Source: Lysobacteraceae bacterium
GTDB lineage: Bacteria; Pseudomonadota; Gammaproteobacteria; Xanthomonadales; BQJN01
Assembly: GCA_021604725.1 (NCBI GenBank)
Contig: BQJN01000031.1
Location: forward strand, 1 to 44,283
Reading direction: 5' to 3'
Length of the DNA stretch: 44,283 nt
Part shown: positions 7,938-17,525 of the stretch, one piece after another
How the letters are laid out: each line of letters begins with the position of its first letter
Numbering within the stretch: position 1 is the stretch's first letter
Translations under genes and position numbers: made by a program
Notes under the pieces: generated by a model
The model's database searches: none
Told to the model about the DNA's origin: nothing
Seen by the model: the letters and a program-made list of their open reading frames with translations, nothing else

Positions 7938-9902
7938 ATGCGGTCAACCGTCTTGTTGCTTGCGCTATCGGTGCTTGCGGCGTGTAGTTCGGTACCAACA
8001 AAGACGACCAGCATTGAGGTCGAGCCAGCATCGGCCTGGGTAGCGCCTGGGCGAATTGTTCTCGCCATTGGTGATCAGGAATCTGCGTACCTGACAGCGA
8101 GCTGGACTGATGAGTCTTGTGGTGAGTGTGGTTACCGTCATTACGCCGCGCCGCTGGAGATTGCCTTCGAGGCGACTGACGTTGAGCTTGAACGCTTGTC
8201 TGTTGCCAGCGATGCGGCCTGGGCGCAGGTCAATCGCGATGTTCTGGACGCATTGATACCAGCGCAAGCCATGCAAGGCGTCGTGGTCCGTGTTCGGCTG
8301 GTCGACCTTGCGGTCTATCGAGACCACGACGGCAAGGTGGTGTCGGCACCGCTGGAAGCGATTCCGTCGGATGTTGAAGTGGTGGAGCGCGTGGCTGATG
8401 AGCGGTTTCTCGATCTGGTGGTTGGCCACCTGCACGAGCGGGGCTATCGAGGAAAGACGCTGTGGATGACAGGCCGGGTTGGGGCACCGGCCGTCTATAC
8501 CGACCTTGAGCGAGGCGAGGTGGTGTTGATTCTTGCGCCGCCCGACCCTGAACTGGCCACTGGCCTGGATACGCTGGGATTTTCTTTGGCGTCGATCAAT
8601 TCGGTTTTGGTTCGCAGTCACTTGCTGACTTTGTTGAATAACCCGGTGACGACGGTCAGCCGCTTGATCGCCTACGCCGGCACTACGACTTTGGCTTTCG
8701 CCAACACTGAGATCACGGACGTGGCGCAGCCGCCGCCGGTCAGCCAAGGCCCCGGCATGGATATTGATGCCTGGGAGGCAGCACTGGACGAGATGGTGGA
8801 CAGTCCTGCCTATGACGCTCGGCTGAGCTATCTGATCGATGGCGATGAGTTTTTTCCCGAGCTATTTCGCGCCTTCAATGGGGCCGAGAAGTTCATCAGC
8901 ATCCAGGTATTCATCTTTGATTTGGACGACTTTGCAGTTCGCGTAGCCGAGCGTCTAAAGACTCTGTCCACCAAGGTCAAGGTCAAGGTGTTGATGGATG
9001 ACCTCGGTTCCCTGGTGGCGGGAAACCTGCCACCGGAAACCCCGCCGCCGCCTGGGTTTGATCCACCATCATCAATTGAGAGTTTTCTGGAAGAAGATTC
9101 GCGAGTGCGCGCCAGAGTCACCTCTAACCCCTGGTTTACGGCCGACCACACCAAACGCATCATTGTTGACGATGAGCTGGCATTCATCGGCGGCATGAAT
9201 ATTGGTCGCGAGTATCGTTCCGAGTGGCATGATCTGATGGTCAGGATCGAGGGGCCGTTGGTCAAGCGCATCAACAACGATTTCAAGCTGGCCTGGGCGC
9301 ATGCTGGTGTTGCGGGCGATCTGGCCTACGGATGGCGCAAGTTGAAGCCACTGCCCAATCCAAAGGGGGCCGCGGGCGAAGACTGGATCAAGGTTCGGCC
9401 GTTATACACCACCACCGGCGATGCCGAGATATTTCGTACGCAAATAGCCGCCATCGAGCGTGCCCAGCAGCGTATCTACGTACAAAATGCCTACATCGCC
9501 GACGATGCGATCTTGCGTGGGCTGATTGAAGCCCGACACCGGGGTGTTGATGTACGGGTGATATTCCCGACCCGTGCAGACTCCGGAATTATGCACGCAT
9601 CCAACGTTGTGACCGCCAATGCGCTGCTAGCCAATGGCGTTCGGGTCTACTTGTATCCAGGGATGACGCATGTAAAGGCGGCTTTGTACGATGGCTGGGC
9701 TTGCCTTGGCACCGCCAACTTCGACAAGATCAGTTTGTTCGTCAATCAGGAAGTCAATCTAGGGTTCTCTGATCCAGACACCGTTGAACTGTTAAACCAA
9801 CGCCTGTTTCAGGCCGATTTTGCCATTTCCAACGAGGTCACAGAGCCGGTAGATGTTGGATGGTCTGACTACTTGTGGGAATTTCTGGCGAACCAGCTTT
9901 GA
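7938..9902 (+). CDS. Phospholipase-D-family (two HKD motifs) lipoprotein
   Basis: MRSTVLLLALSVLAACSS is a lipoprotein signal with an LAAC lipobox. The C-terminal half carries two HKD motifs, HTKRIIVDDELAFIGGMNIG and HVKAALYDGWACLGTANFD. The ~300 N-terminal residues have no recognisable domain. The track's TTG at 7902 was trimmed to the ATG at 7938. Confidence 0.75.
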   Translation: MRSTVLLLALSVLAACSSVPTKTTSIEVEPASAWVAPGRIVLAIGDQESAYLTASWTDESCGECGYRHYAAPLEIAFEATDVELERLSVASDAAWAQVNRDVLDALIPAQAMQGVVVRVRLVDLAVYRDHDGKVVSAPLEAIPSDVEVVERVADERFLDLVVGHLHERGYRGKTLWMTGRVGAPAVYTDLERGEVVLILAPPDPELATGLDTLGFSLASINSVLVRSHLLTLLNNPVTTVSRLIAYAGTTTLAFANTEITDVAQPPPVSQGPGMDIDAWEAALDEMVDSPAYDARLSYLIDGDEFFPELFRAFNGAEKFISIQVFIFDLDDFAVRVAERLKTLSTKVKVKVLMDDLGSLVAGNLPPETPPPPGFDPPSSIESFLEEDSRVRARVTSNPWFTADHTKRIIVDDELAFIGGMNIGREYRSEWHDLMVRIEGPLVKRINNDFKLAWAHAGVAGDLAYGWRKLKPLPNPKGAAGEDWIKVRPLYTTTGDAEIFRTQIAAIERAQQRIYVQNAYIADDAILRGLIEARHRGVDVRVIFPTRADSGIMHASNVVTANALLANGVRVYLYPGMTHVKAALYDGWACLGTANFDKISLFVNQEVNLGFSDPDTVELLNQRLFQADFAISNEVTEPVDVGWSDYLWEFLANQL

Positions 9903-9920
9903 ACGGATTCCAATTCCATC

Positions 9921-11039
9921 GTGCTCAGTAGTATTGCCATCACCTTCGCCTCCCTGCTGACCAGCAGTGCCAGTTTCGACTATGAGCTGGCCTGCGGTAC
10001 GGTCAATAGCACCTCAGCGCAATCGCAACCAGCTTTGCTGCTGATTGGTGGCGATGAAGCAGGTCGGGTGGGTGAAGTTGAAGCCACCGAATGGTTTCTG
10101 GCCTCTGGAGGTGGTGGCGACTATCTGGTCTTGAGGGCTGATGGTGTCGGTGGTCAGGCGCAATGGATATGTGACAACTTCTCAGCCCAGGTGTCGTCCG
10201 CTGCGGAGTTGTCAGTAGATTCAATGACGGCGGCAAACGACCCGCAGGTTGAGAGCCTGCTCGCGGAAGCAGAGATGGTATTTATTGCGGGTGGCGACCA
10301 GTCGCTGTACCGTCAAGCGTGGCGCGACACGCTGCTCTCACAAGCACTCGAGGCGCATGCAATCAGTGGGGCGATCGCGGGGACCAGTGCAGGCATGGCC
10401 ATCCTCGGTAGCAGTTACTATGCGCCGGCTACCTCAGGGGTATTGTCATCCGAGCTGTTGAATAATCCTTACCATCCCTTGTCGCAAGGCCTGTCACATG
10501 ATGACTTTCTGTCTTTGCCCTGGACCGCCAATGTAATCACGGACACACACCTTGATCGTCAGCATGGTCCGGACGATCAAAATCGTTACGGGCGCCTGTT
10601 CGCTTTGCTGGCCCGGACCTGGCAGGATCGAGACAGCGCCAGGCCAGCGCATGCCATTGGCGCTGAAGAGGGCGCATTTGTCGCGGTTGACCAAACGGGT
10701 ATGGCACGAGTATTTGGCAATGGCGCAGCTGCCGGTGCGGTCGCGTATTTCCTGATCGCCCACCGCACGCCACCGGAGCAGCAGACCGCGAGTTTGCCGT
10801 TGATCTGGGACAAGCAACATTTAGCGGTAAAGGCCTACCGAATTGATGGGTCGGTCAATGGCAGCGGTCAGTTCGACCTGATCAACTTTGGAGCAACTGC
10901 TAGCGGTGGTCAATGGATGGACTGGTGGACCTCGGGTGGCGCTGCCGGATTCAATTTCACCGGTGGCCAATGTGCGTCATGCGGCAGTGCCTTGCCACCG
11001 GGAGAGCTGATTCACATCGATGGCTTTGAGGTGTGGTAG
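9921..11039 (+). CDS. Peptidase S51 family (cyanophycinase / dipeptidase E-like) protein
   Basis: 372 aa with the LLLIGGDEAG ... FIAGGDQS ... GTSAGMAILG pattern typical of the S51 Ser-nucleophile family. The start is GTG, 19 nt after the PLD gene stop. Confidence 0.5.
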   Translation: MLSSIAITFASLLTSSASFDYELACGTVNSTSAQSQPALLLIGGDEAGRVGEVEATEWFLASGGGGDYLVLRADGVGGQAQWICDNFSAQVSSAAELSVDSMTAANDPQVESLLAEAEMVFIAGGDQSLYRQAWRDTLLSQALEAHAISGAIAGTSAGMAILGSSYYAPATSGVLSSELLNNPYHPLSQGLSHDDFLSLPWTANVITDTHLDRQHGPDDQNRYGRLFALLARTWQDRDSARPAHAIGAEEGAFVAVDQTGMARVFGNGAAAGAVAYFLIAHRTPPEQQTASLPLIWDKQHLAVKAYRIDGSVNGSGQFDLINFGATASGGQWMDWWTSGGAAGFNFTGGQCASCGSALPPGELIHIDGFEVW

Positions 11040-11076
11040 GGCTGTTCCACGATTGGACCTGAGCGGTCACAACCGG

Positions 11077-11916
11077 CTACGGCATGTCGTCCCGTTGCAC
11101 TTTGATCAGTTTTGTTAGCCCTCTAACTTCGCTACGTAGGGCGATCACCTCGTGCAGCAAGGCTTCCCGCTCGTCGTGGGCCGTATGTTCGGCTTCTTCC
11201 ATGGTTTCCTGGTGCACCGATTGCATGGAGTTGACGATCAAGGCGATAAACAGGTTGAGTACGGCAAAACTGGTGATGATGACGAAGGGCACGAAGAACA
11301 GCCAGGCCAGCGGGTACACATCCATGATCGGTCGCACAATGCCCATCGACCAGCTTTCCAGCGTCATGATCTGGAACAGGCTGTACATTGACTCGCCAAT
11401 GCCACCGAACCAATCGGGAAACTGCTCGCCAAATAGCTTGGTTGCCATGACCGCGGATACGTAGAACAGTAGCATCAGTACAGCAATGATCGAGCCCATG
11501 CCTGGCAAGGCATGAAACAAGGCACCGATGACGGTGCGCATCTGCGGCACCACTGACAATAGCCGCAGAGTTCTGAGAACCCGAAGAGCGCGCATCACTG
11601 ACAGCGGACCGGACGCCGGTAGCCAGGAGGCTGCAACAATGACGAAATCGAAAACGTTCCAGCCGCTGGTGAAGAATCGCTGTCTGTAGACCCAGAGTTT
11701 TAGGGCCAGCTCCACGGTAAAGATCCATAGCGCGATATGGTCTATCCACATCAGCAACCCGCCGGCCTGCTGCACCGCTGGCGGCCAGGTTTCCAGCCCG
11801 AGGGTGGCGGCGTTGATCAGGATTACGACGGTAATAAACAGACCGAAGCGGCGAGACTCGACCAGCGATCTTAGCGGCGAGTTCAATTCACTTTCGGCCT
11901 TGGATTGGGTGCTCAT
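11077..11916 (-). CDS. Bacterial voltage-gated sodium channel (BacNav / NaChBac-NavAb family, 6TM)
   Basis: 279 aa with an S4 voltage sensor carrying Arg at every third position (RALRVLRTLRLL), a pore loop with the selectivity filter TLESWSM, and 6 TM segments. Confidence 0.85.
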   Translation of the reverse strand: MSTQSKAESELNSPLRSLVESRRFGLFITVVILINAATLGLETWPPAVQQAGGLLMWIDHIALWIFTVELALKLWVYRQRFFTSGWNVFDFVIVAASWLPASGPLSVMRALRVLRTLRLLSVVPQMRTVIGALFHALPGMGSIIAVLMLLFYVSAVMATKLFGEQFPDWFGGIGESMYSLFQIMTLESWSMGIVRPIMDVYPLAWLFFVPFVIITSFAVLNLFIALIVNSMQSVHQETMEEAEHTAHDEREALLHEVIALRSEVRGLTKLIKVQRDDMP

Positions 11917-12160
11917 TAGCGCTCATGCTCATTGCCAGTCGACTCAGCAGCTTGAGATGGTGCTGAGCGGCCGGGGATTCAATGTGCGGTTGATGAAACA
12001 GATATAGCTACGTCCACGATTAGCCATCCATGGCTAACGCGGACACGGGTTTCAAGGAGCGCGGTCAGTGAAACCCTTCATTTTCAATAACTTGAAAATG
12101 CTGGCACTTCCGTGTGCCAGGGCGAGCGCGTCAAAACACTTATCTGTGGACGCGCTCTAG

Positions 12161-12925
12161 CTATGCCAGTTCCACCCAGACTGGTGCGTGATCTGACGGT
12201 CGTTCCCAACGTCGCGGTTCAACATCAATGCCGGCTGCAACGACGCGTTCTCGCAGCGCCTTGCTGGTGAGCGTCAAGTCGATACGCAGTCCCATTTTGC
12301 GTCTGAACGCGGCCATCCTATAGTCCCACCAACTAAAGGCGCCTTCCTCTTGTTCGAACAGCCGGAAGGCATCGTCAAAGCCGAGGGCCATGATCCTGGC
12401 AAGGGCCTCACGCTCCGGTGTCGAGCACAGAATTTTCTCATGCCAGGCTTCGGGGTCGTAGATGTCAGCGTCGGCCGGAGCGATATTGAAATCGCCGACC
12501 ACCACCATGTTTGGGTAGGTCTTCAGTTCGCGCTCGATATGGGCGGTGACCCGGTCCAGCCAATGCAGTTTGTGATGGTATTTTTCATCGTCGACTGCCT
12601 TGCCGTTGACCACATAAAGGTTCAAAACGCGCAGGTCGCCGAAGGTGGCCGAAGATATTCGACGCGACGGGTCATCCAGGTCATCAACGTCAAAGATGAC
12701 CTCAGTCGGTGCCTGTTTCGACAAAATGGCGACACCGTTGTAGGTCTTTTGCCCAGCGAAGACTACATGGTAGCCCTCCGCCTCAATGGCGTCTTTGGGA
12801 AACTTCTCATCGGTGAGCTTGGTTTCCTGCAAGCCCAGAACATCTGGCTGTTCTGAGCGCACCCAATCGATAACATGGGGTAGGCGAACATTGAGTGAAT
12901 TGACATTCCAACTGGCGATTTTCAT
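12161..12925 (-). CDS. xthA: Exodeoxyribonuclease III
   Basis: 254 aa starting MKIASWNVNSLNVRL, followed by QETK, the WDY and SDHAPV motifs of the ExoIII/APE1 family. Confidence 0.9.
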   Translation of the reverse strand: MKIASWNVNSLNVRLPHVIDWVRSEQPDVLGLQETKLTDEKFPKDAIEAEGYHVVFAGQKTYNGVAILSKQAPTEVIFDVDDLDDPSRRISSATFGDLRVLNLYVVNGKAVDDEKYHHKLHWLDRVTAHIERELKTYPNMVVVGDFNIAPADADIYDPEAWHEKILCSTPEREALARIMALGFDDAFRLFEQEEGAFSWWDYRMAAFRRKMGLRIDLTLTSKALRERVVAAGIDVEPRRWERPSDHAPVWVELA

Positions 12926-12997
12926 TTAAGACGCAGATCCAAAGTAGTGATCGCTGAGCTTTGCAGCGCGGTACATGGCCAAGAAAAAGCTGCGCGC

Positions 12998-14347
12998 CTA
13001 ATACGCACACTCATGAAAGATGTGATCGATATTGCCCTGCCAGCGTGTCTCGAAGTCGCGGAGCTTGCGTTCGGCTGGTGTCACCCCGGACTCCACGATC
13101 TCCTTGAGCGGGGTCAGGAAGCCTGATTCGTCATCGCCAGATGAGCTCAGTTGTTGGCGGTTGCTGAGTCCTTCGCTGGCAATCTCAAGTACGTCCCGGG
13201 CCAGGTCTTGTACTCGTTTGTTGCCGATGGTGGCGTTCAGGCCATGGCGCATCACGTCCAGACGGAGCTGCTCTCGCTGCTGTGCAGTCCAATCCCGGGC
13301 AATGTCCCAGGCCGCCTCCAGGGCAGCATCATCGTAGAGCAGTCCCACCCACAGCGCCGGCAACGCACACAGGCGGTGCCAGGGGCCGCCGTCGGCTCCA
13401 CGCATTTCCAAAAACTGCTTTAAGCGCACTTCAGGAAAGGCGGTTGTGGTGTGATCTTCCCAGTCGGTCATGGACGGGCGCTGACCCGGAAGTATCGACA
13501 ACTTGCCGTCCATGAAGTCGCGAAAGCTCAGTCCTGCAGCATCAAGGTACTCGCCATTGCGCCGCACAAAGTACATGGGGACGTCCAGCATGTAGTCGAC
13601 GTACCGTTCATAACTCATGCCAGATTCGAACACGAAGGGCAGCATGCCACTGCGATTCGGATCGGTATCGGTCCACACATGTGCTCGGTAGCTGAGATAG
13701 CCGCTAGGTTTGCCTTCGACGAAGGGCGAGTTGGCGAACAGGGCGGTGGCAATCGGTTGCAAGGCCAGCGAGGTACGGAATTTTTTGATCATGTCCGCTT
13801 CGCTGGAAAAGTCGAGGTTGACCTGCACCGTGCAAGTGCGGAGCATCATGTCGTGGCCCAGGGTGCCGACCTTGGGCATGTAGTTGCGCATGATGACGTA
13901 GCGATCTTTCGGCATCCATGGGATGTCTTGACGCCGCCATTTCGGCTGAAAGCCAAGGCCAACGAATCCGACACCAAGACGATCGGCGATCATCTTCACT
14001 TCTTTCAAATGGCTGTGCACTTCATTGCAGGTTTGATGCACATTGCTCAGTGGCGCACCGGACAGTTCCAGCTGCCCACCCGGTTCCAGTGTTATCGAGC
14101 AGCCACTCTTTTTCATACCAATCGGATGGTCATGTTCCATGATCGGTTGCCAGCCAAAGGCAGCGAATCCCTCCAGCATCCGGCGAATGCCCTTTTCACC
14201 CTCGTAGGTCATTGGCCGCAGCGAGTCCAGTTCAAAGCCGAATTTTTCGTGCTCTGTTCCGAGCCGCCACTGCTCTGTCGGTTTCTCGCCTGCAGCGATC
14301 CAGTTGATCAGGTCGGATTTCTCAACGGCAGTCGCATGATCATTCAA
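12998..14347 (-). CDS. gshA: Glutamate--cysteine ligase, GCS2 (plant/proteobacterial type)
   Basis: 449 aa containing [12 protein letters not shown] and full-length similarity to GCS2-type gamma-glutamylcysteine synthetases. Confidence 0.85.
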   Translation of the reverse strand: MNDHATAVEKSDLINWIAAGEKPTEQWRLGTEHEKFGFELDSLRPMTYEGEKGIRRMLEGFAAFGWQPIMEHDHPIGMKKSGCSITLEPGGQLELSGAPLSNVHQTCNEVHSHLKEVKMIADRLGVGFVGLGFQPKWRRQDIPWMPKDRYVIMRNYMPKVGTLGHDMMLRTCTVQVNLDFSSEADMIKKFRTSLALQPIATALFANSPFVEGKPSGYLSYRAHVWTDTDPNRSGMLPFVFESGMSYERYVDYMLDVPMYFVRRNGEYLDAAGLSFRDFMDGKLSILPGQRPSMTDWEDHTTTAFPEVRLKQFLEMRGADGGPWHRLCALPALWVGLLYDDAALEAAWDIARDWTAQQREQLRLDVMRHGLNATIGNKRVQDLARDVLEIASEGLSNRQQLSSSGDDESGFLTPLKEIVESGVTPAERKLRDFETRWQGNIDHIFHECAY

Positions 14348-14653
14348 AACGTAGTACTCAATGCTGTTGGTGCTATTGCGAAGAACGGCAAAGTGACAGA
14401 ATCTTTCATACCGTTCGTCAAATCAATCCCCCATTGTACCTGCAAGGGAAGTGATGATTGATCGATTTGCTCAGAGCACCTTTTAGCCGTGTAATTCGGA
14501 AACCTGGTCGTTGCGTCCCAATCACTGGGCAGATTGTTGCCGATCGTAGCAAATACCGACTGTTATGGTTACCATCATCAACATGCTCGACATATGCATG
14601 CATGAGCATTTTGAACCTTCGGACGTCTGTTGCCTGGCGATTGAATCAGATCA

Positions 14654-15187
14654 ATGAATGAGTGGCTTTTATGGGGGGGCATTGGCCTGGTCGGCATCGT
14701 ATCGCTGCTGGCGATGAGCGTGCGGCGCGTTCCCGTGGGGGAGGTCTGGGTCGTGCACCGCTTTGGGCGCAAACACCGCAATCTGGATCGTGGTTGGCAT
14801 GCCCTGTTGCCTCTGGTTGAGCGCGTAGTTCACCGTATCAACATGCTCGGTCGTACTGTTCCGGTGGAACTGGACGACATGCCCACTCAGGATGCGCATT
14901 TGGTATCAGGTCATGGCAGGCTGTGCTTTCAGGTGTTGGACGCCGACAAGGCGAGCATGGAAGCCGGGCGCCTCGATGGTGCGGCGACCAATCTGGTGCA
15001 AACAGTGTGCGAAGAGATGATCGCCGAGATGAAGTTCGATGATTTGGTCAAGCGGCGGCGAGCTGACACCAACGCATGGATTCTGGGCTTGCTGAATCAG
15101 TCGTCAGCCAACTGGGGTGTGCGTATCACCAGGGTAGAGGTCATTTTTGACGAGACGGCCGACAGCGCCAAGGAGTCATCTACTTAA
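14654..15187 (+). CDS. SPFH/band-7 domain protein (short, stomatin/HflC-like)
   Basis: 177 aa with an N-terminal TM helix followed by an SPFH-like core (VPVGEVWVVHRFGRKHRNLDRGWHALLPLVERV...). Confidence 0.5.
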   Translation: MNEWLLWGGIGLVGIVSLLAMSVRRVPVGEVWVVHRFGRKHRNLDRGWHALLPLVERVVHRINMLGRTVPVELDDMPTQDAHLVSGHGRLCFQVLDADKASMEAGRLDGAATNLVQTVCEEMIAEMKFDDLVKRRRADTNAWILGLLNQSSANWGVRITRVEVIFDETADSAKESST

Positions 15188-15207
15188 GAGGTGTTCCCCG
15201 CAAACTG

Positions 15208-15498
15208 CTAAAGATCGTACTTGGCGAGCTTGCGGCGCAAGGTCCCGCGGCTGATGCCCAGTACGTTGGCGGCTTGAGATTGGTTACCCCTGGTCCATTG
15301 CATCACTTCACGCAACAGCGGACGTTCGACTTCTTCCATCACCAATTCCATCAGGTTTTCAGCTTGGTGACCGCCCATGTCCTGCAGGTAGCGTCGCACC
15401 GACTGCTCGACACAGCTCCTGATCGTTACCGGAACGTGCGCTTCGCTCGTGGTACGGGCTGTTGTCAGGGTTGTCTCGTTTGTTGCCAGCGAATCCAT
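15208..15498 (-). CDS. fis: DNA-binding protein Fis
   Basis: 96 aa. The C-terminal HTH QWTRGNQSQAANVLGISRGTLRRKLAKY matches Fis, as does the LYELV-like MELVMEEVERPLL region. Confidence 0.9.
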   Translation of the reverse strand: MDSLATNETTLTTARTTSEAHVPVTIRSCVEQSVRRYLQDMGGHQAENLMELVMEEVERPLLREVMQWTRGNQSQAANVLGISRGTLRRKLAKYDL

Positions 15499-15838
15499 AA
15501 TACTCCACGACTAGACACACAAGGTGACCGCGAAACGTTGCCTTGTCAGCATTCAAAACTGGCCAGCGGCCGACGCATAGCGCAAGGCTGGCTAGAGGGT
15601 GTATGCCATTGGCTTGCTCCCATTCAAGCTAATGGGCAGGTCCCGCGCTAAGGTTAAATTTCCGTTGGCGGGAGAGCGATGATACACAGCTATTGCATGC
15701 CTTAAAAGGGGTCTGCGTCGCAATTTTTGCATGGTCCGAAACTTGCTTGGTACAGAGCTTGAAGGCAAGTGCTTGAAACGCAAGGGAAAGGGATTTCTGT
15801 GATCTTCAATGCCGTGCTGTTTTGAATCTGGTCTGCGA

Positions 15839-16690
15839 TCAATGGAATCGAAATTCGAAAGCGACTGCATCTGAGCCCGGGTCGACTGTTTCAAAAACGA
15901 CGGGCGTGAATGAGTTTGAGGGCATCCCTTGTTCGAAGGCAATGCTGGCGTCGAGGTATTGCTCAGGCTGGAACCGGCGCAAGGCCATGGGCCGTCCATC
16001 CAGTCCGGACAGTGAGATTTCAAGAATGGGGAAGGCGACCGGGTGAGGGCCGTCGTTGACCAGGGTTGCGGTGATCATCAACGCGTCGTCAACTGATGGG
16101 TGGCGCCGTATGCTGCGGTCGACCATGCGGATGACACTGGGGTCACGGCGCAGCGGAATGGTGCAGCCTAGAGTCTCGCAAACAGACTTGGCGTAGTCGG
16201 CCGTCATCGGGTGGTAGTACCAGGTTTCGCGCCAGCCATACAACGACTGCGCCAGTAGCGCGAGCAACAGTACCACTGTACTGACGGCCCACCACGCATT
16301 GGTATTGTGTGCTTTCCTGGTCGGGCGTTTGACGCCTAATTCAATTGGAGCCGACTCCTCATCGCTGATGGCCTGCTCTTCCTCAGTGGTGAATTTGAGC
16401 GGGCGTTGCGGCCTGGACTGCAAGAACAGGTCATCCACCTCGTCGTTCAAAGGGGACAGTGTTGACTGCCAAGGCTCCAGCGTTGGTGGTGGGGCCTCGC
16501 CAGCGATCGATTTCAAACGCAAGTTTTCGCTAGCCGGCGTTCCATCTCGCAGTCGCTCCAGTGCGTCAAATACAACGCCACAGCGCCCGCAACGAAGCAT
16601 GCCGCCGGCGGCAGACAGCTCCGCCGCACGCAAGACATAAAGCGCATCACATTCAGGGCACTGCGAATACATGGAGGTTCCACTGATCAT
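15839..16690 (-). CDS. Zinc-ribbon (MJ0042-type) / DUF3426 membrane-anchored protein
   Basis: 283 aa with an N-terminal CPECDALY...CGRCGVVF zinc ribbon, a central TM helix and a C-terminal DUF3426-like domain. Its position, prmA-X-(dusB)-fis, matches the Pseudomonas arrangement. Confidence 0.65.
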   Translation of the reverse strand: MISGTSMYSQCPECDALYVLRAAELSAAGGMLRCGRCGVVFDALERLRDGTPASENLRLKSIAGEAPPPTLEPWQSTLSPLNDEVDDLFLQSRPQRPLKFTTEEEQAISDEESAPIELGVKRPTRKAHNTNAWWAVSTVVLLLALLAQSLYGWRETWYYHPMTADYAKSVCETLGCTIPLRRDPSVIRMVDRSIRRHPSVDDALMITATLVNDGPHPVAFPILEISLSGLDGRPMALRRFQPEQYLDASIAFEQGMPSNSFTPVVFETVDPGSDAVAFEFRFH

Positions 16691-17525
16691 GGCAACTGGA
16701 GCTCACCAGTCGAGCGCCAGAATGGAGGTACGCTGATTGTACCGCGATCGATTGCTCATCCAATATCCCGGTGATAACGATGCGTCCTCCTGGGGTGGCG
16801 AGCTTGATGAGTCGCGGCGCAAGCTCGATCAACGGGCCAGACAGGATGTTGGCCACCAGCAAATCCGTGGTGCCAGAAACTGCCTCGGGTTCCAGGGTAT
16901 GTACCTTGTCACTGACCTTGTTGGCAGCAGCGTTACTTTGCGTCGATTCAAGTGCTTGCGGATCAATATCGGTGGCGACGACTGAGTCGGCTCCCAATAG
17001 TGCGCAAGCTATCGCCAGGATGCCTGAGCCACAGCCGTAATCGATAACACGCAGGCCCGACAGGTCCTGCTCAGCCAGCCAGTGCAGGCACATTGCGGTG
17101 GTCGGGTGTGTACCGGTACCGAAGGCCAGTCCGGGGTCTAACCGCACAATGGTGCCCGAGTCTGGAGCCGGATGATGGTGGGCGCATACCCACAATCGAC
17201 CGCCGAACTGCATGGGCTTGAAATCAGCCAGCCAGGTACGGGTCCAGTCTTCGTCCTCGAAATGCCGTTGGCCCCAGTCCAGAACAGATGTGCCGGTTGC
17301 AGCCAAGACACGGTCTGCAACACCGCCCAGATCAACGTCACCGCCAAACAGGGCGGTGACGATCAACTGTGACCACAGCGGTGTTTCTCCAGGCGCGGGC
17401 TCGAGTATAGGCTGGTCGGCGGCATCAGTGACCGTGATGCTCAAGGCACCCTGATCGAGTAACACCTGTTCGAAGCACTCGCTATTTTCGCGGTTGCCGC
17501 GCAGCCACAACTCCTTCCAGCTCAC
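16653..17525 (-). CDS. prmA: Ribosomal protein L11 methyltransferase
   Basis: 290 aa with [15 protein letters not shown] and the [17 protein letters not shown]-binding motif. It is collinear with E. coli PrmA. Confidence 0.9.
   Translation of the reverse strand: MSWKELWLRGNRENSECFEQVLLDQGALSITVTDAADQPILEPAPGETPLWSQLIVTALFGGDVDLGGVADRVLAATGTSVLDWGQRHFEDEDWTRTWLADFKPMQFGGRLWVCAHHHPAPDSGTIVRLDPGLAFGTGTHPTTAMCLHWLAEQDLSGLRVIDYGCGSGILAIACALLGADSVVATDIDPQALESTQSNAAANKVSDKVHTLEPEAVSGTTDLLVANILSGPLIELAPRLIKLATPGGRIVITGILDEQSIAVQSAYLHSGARLVSSSCHDQWNLHVFAVP

Noticed and set aside
7965-8747. 260-aa minus-strand ORF inside the PLD-lipoprotein gene
   Set aside because: It is antisense to the supported + strand gene. 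Its translation is Arg-rich and repetitive (RRR, QRL...), characteristic of GC-rich antisense frames.
11132-11749. 205-aa minus-strand ORF in an alternative frame within the BacNav gene
   Set aside because: It lies on the same strand in a different frame from the channel ORF. The channel ORF has S4 and selectivity-filter motifs, while this one is Arg/Ala-rich junk.
13451-14461. 336-aa + strand ORF spanning gshA
   Set aside because: It is antisense to the GCS2 glutamate-cysteine ligase, which is collinear with known homologs. No independent support was found.
15592-16023. 143-aa minus-strand ORF in the DUF3426-fis spacer, a possible dusB remnant
   Set aside because: It has no similarity to DusB, which is a TIM-barrel flavoenzyme of ~320 aa. 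It overlaps the 3' end of the DUF3426 gene in another frame and is Ser/Pro-rich and low-complexity.
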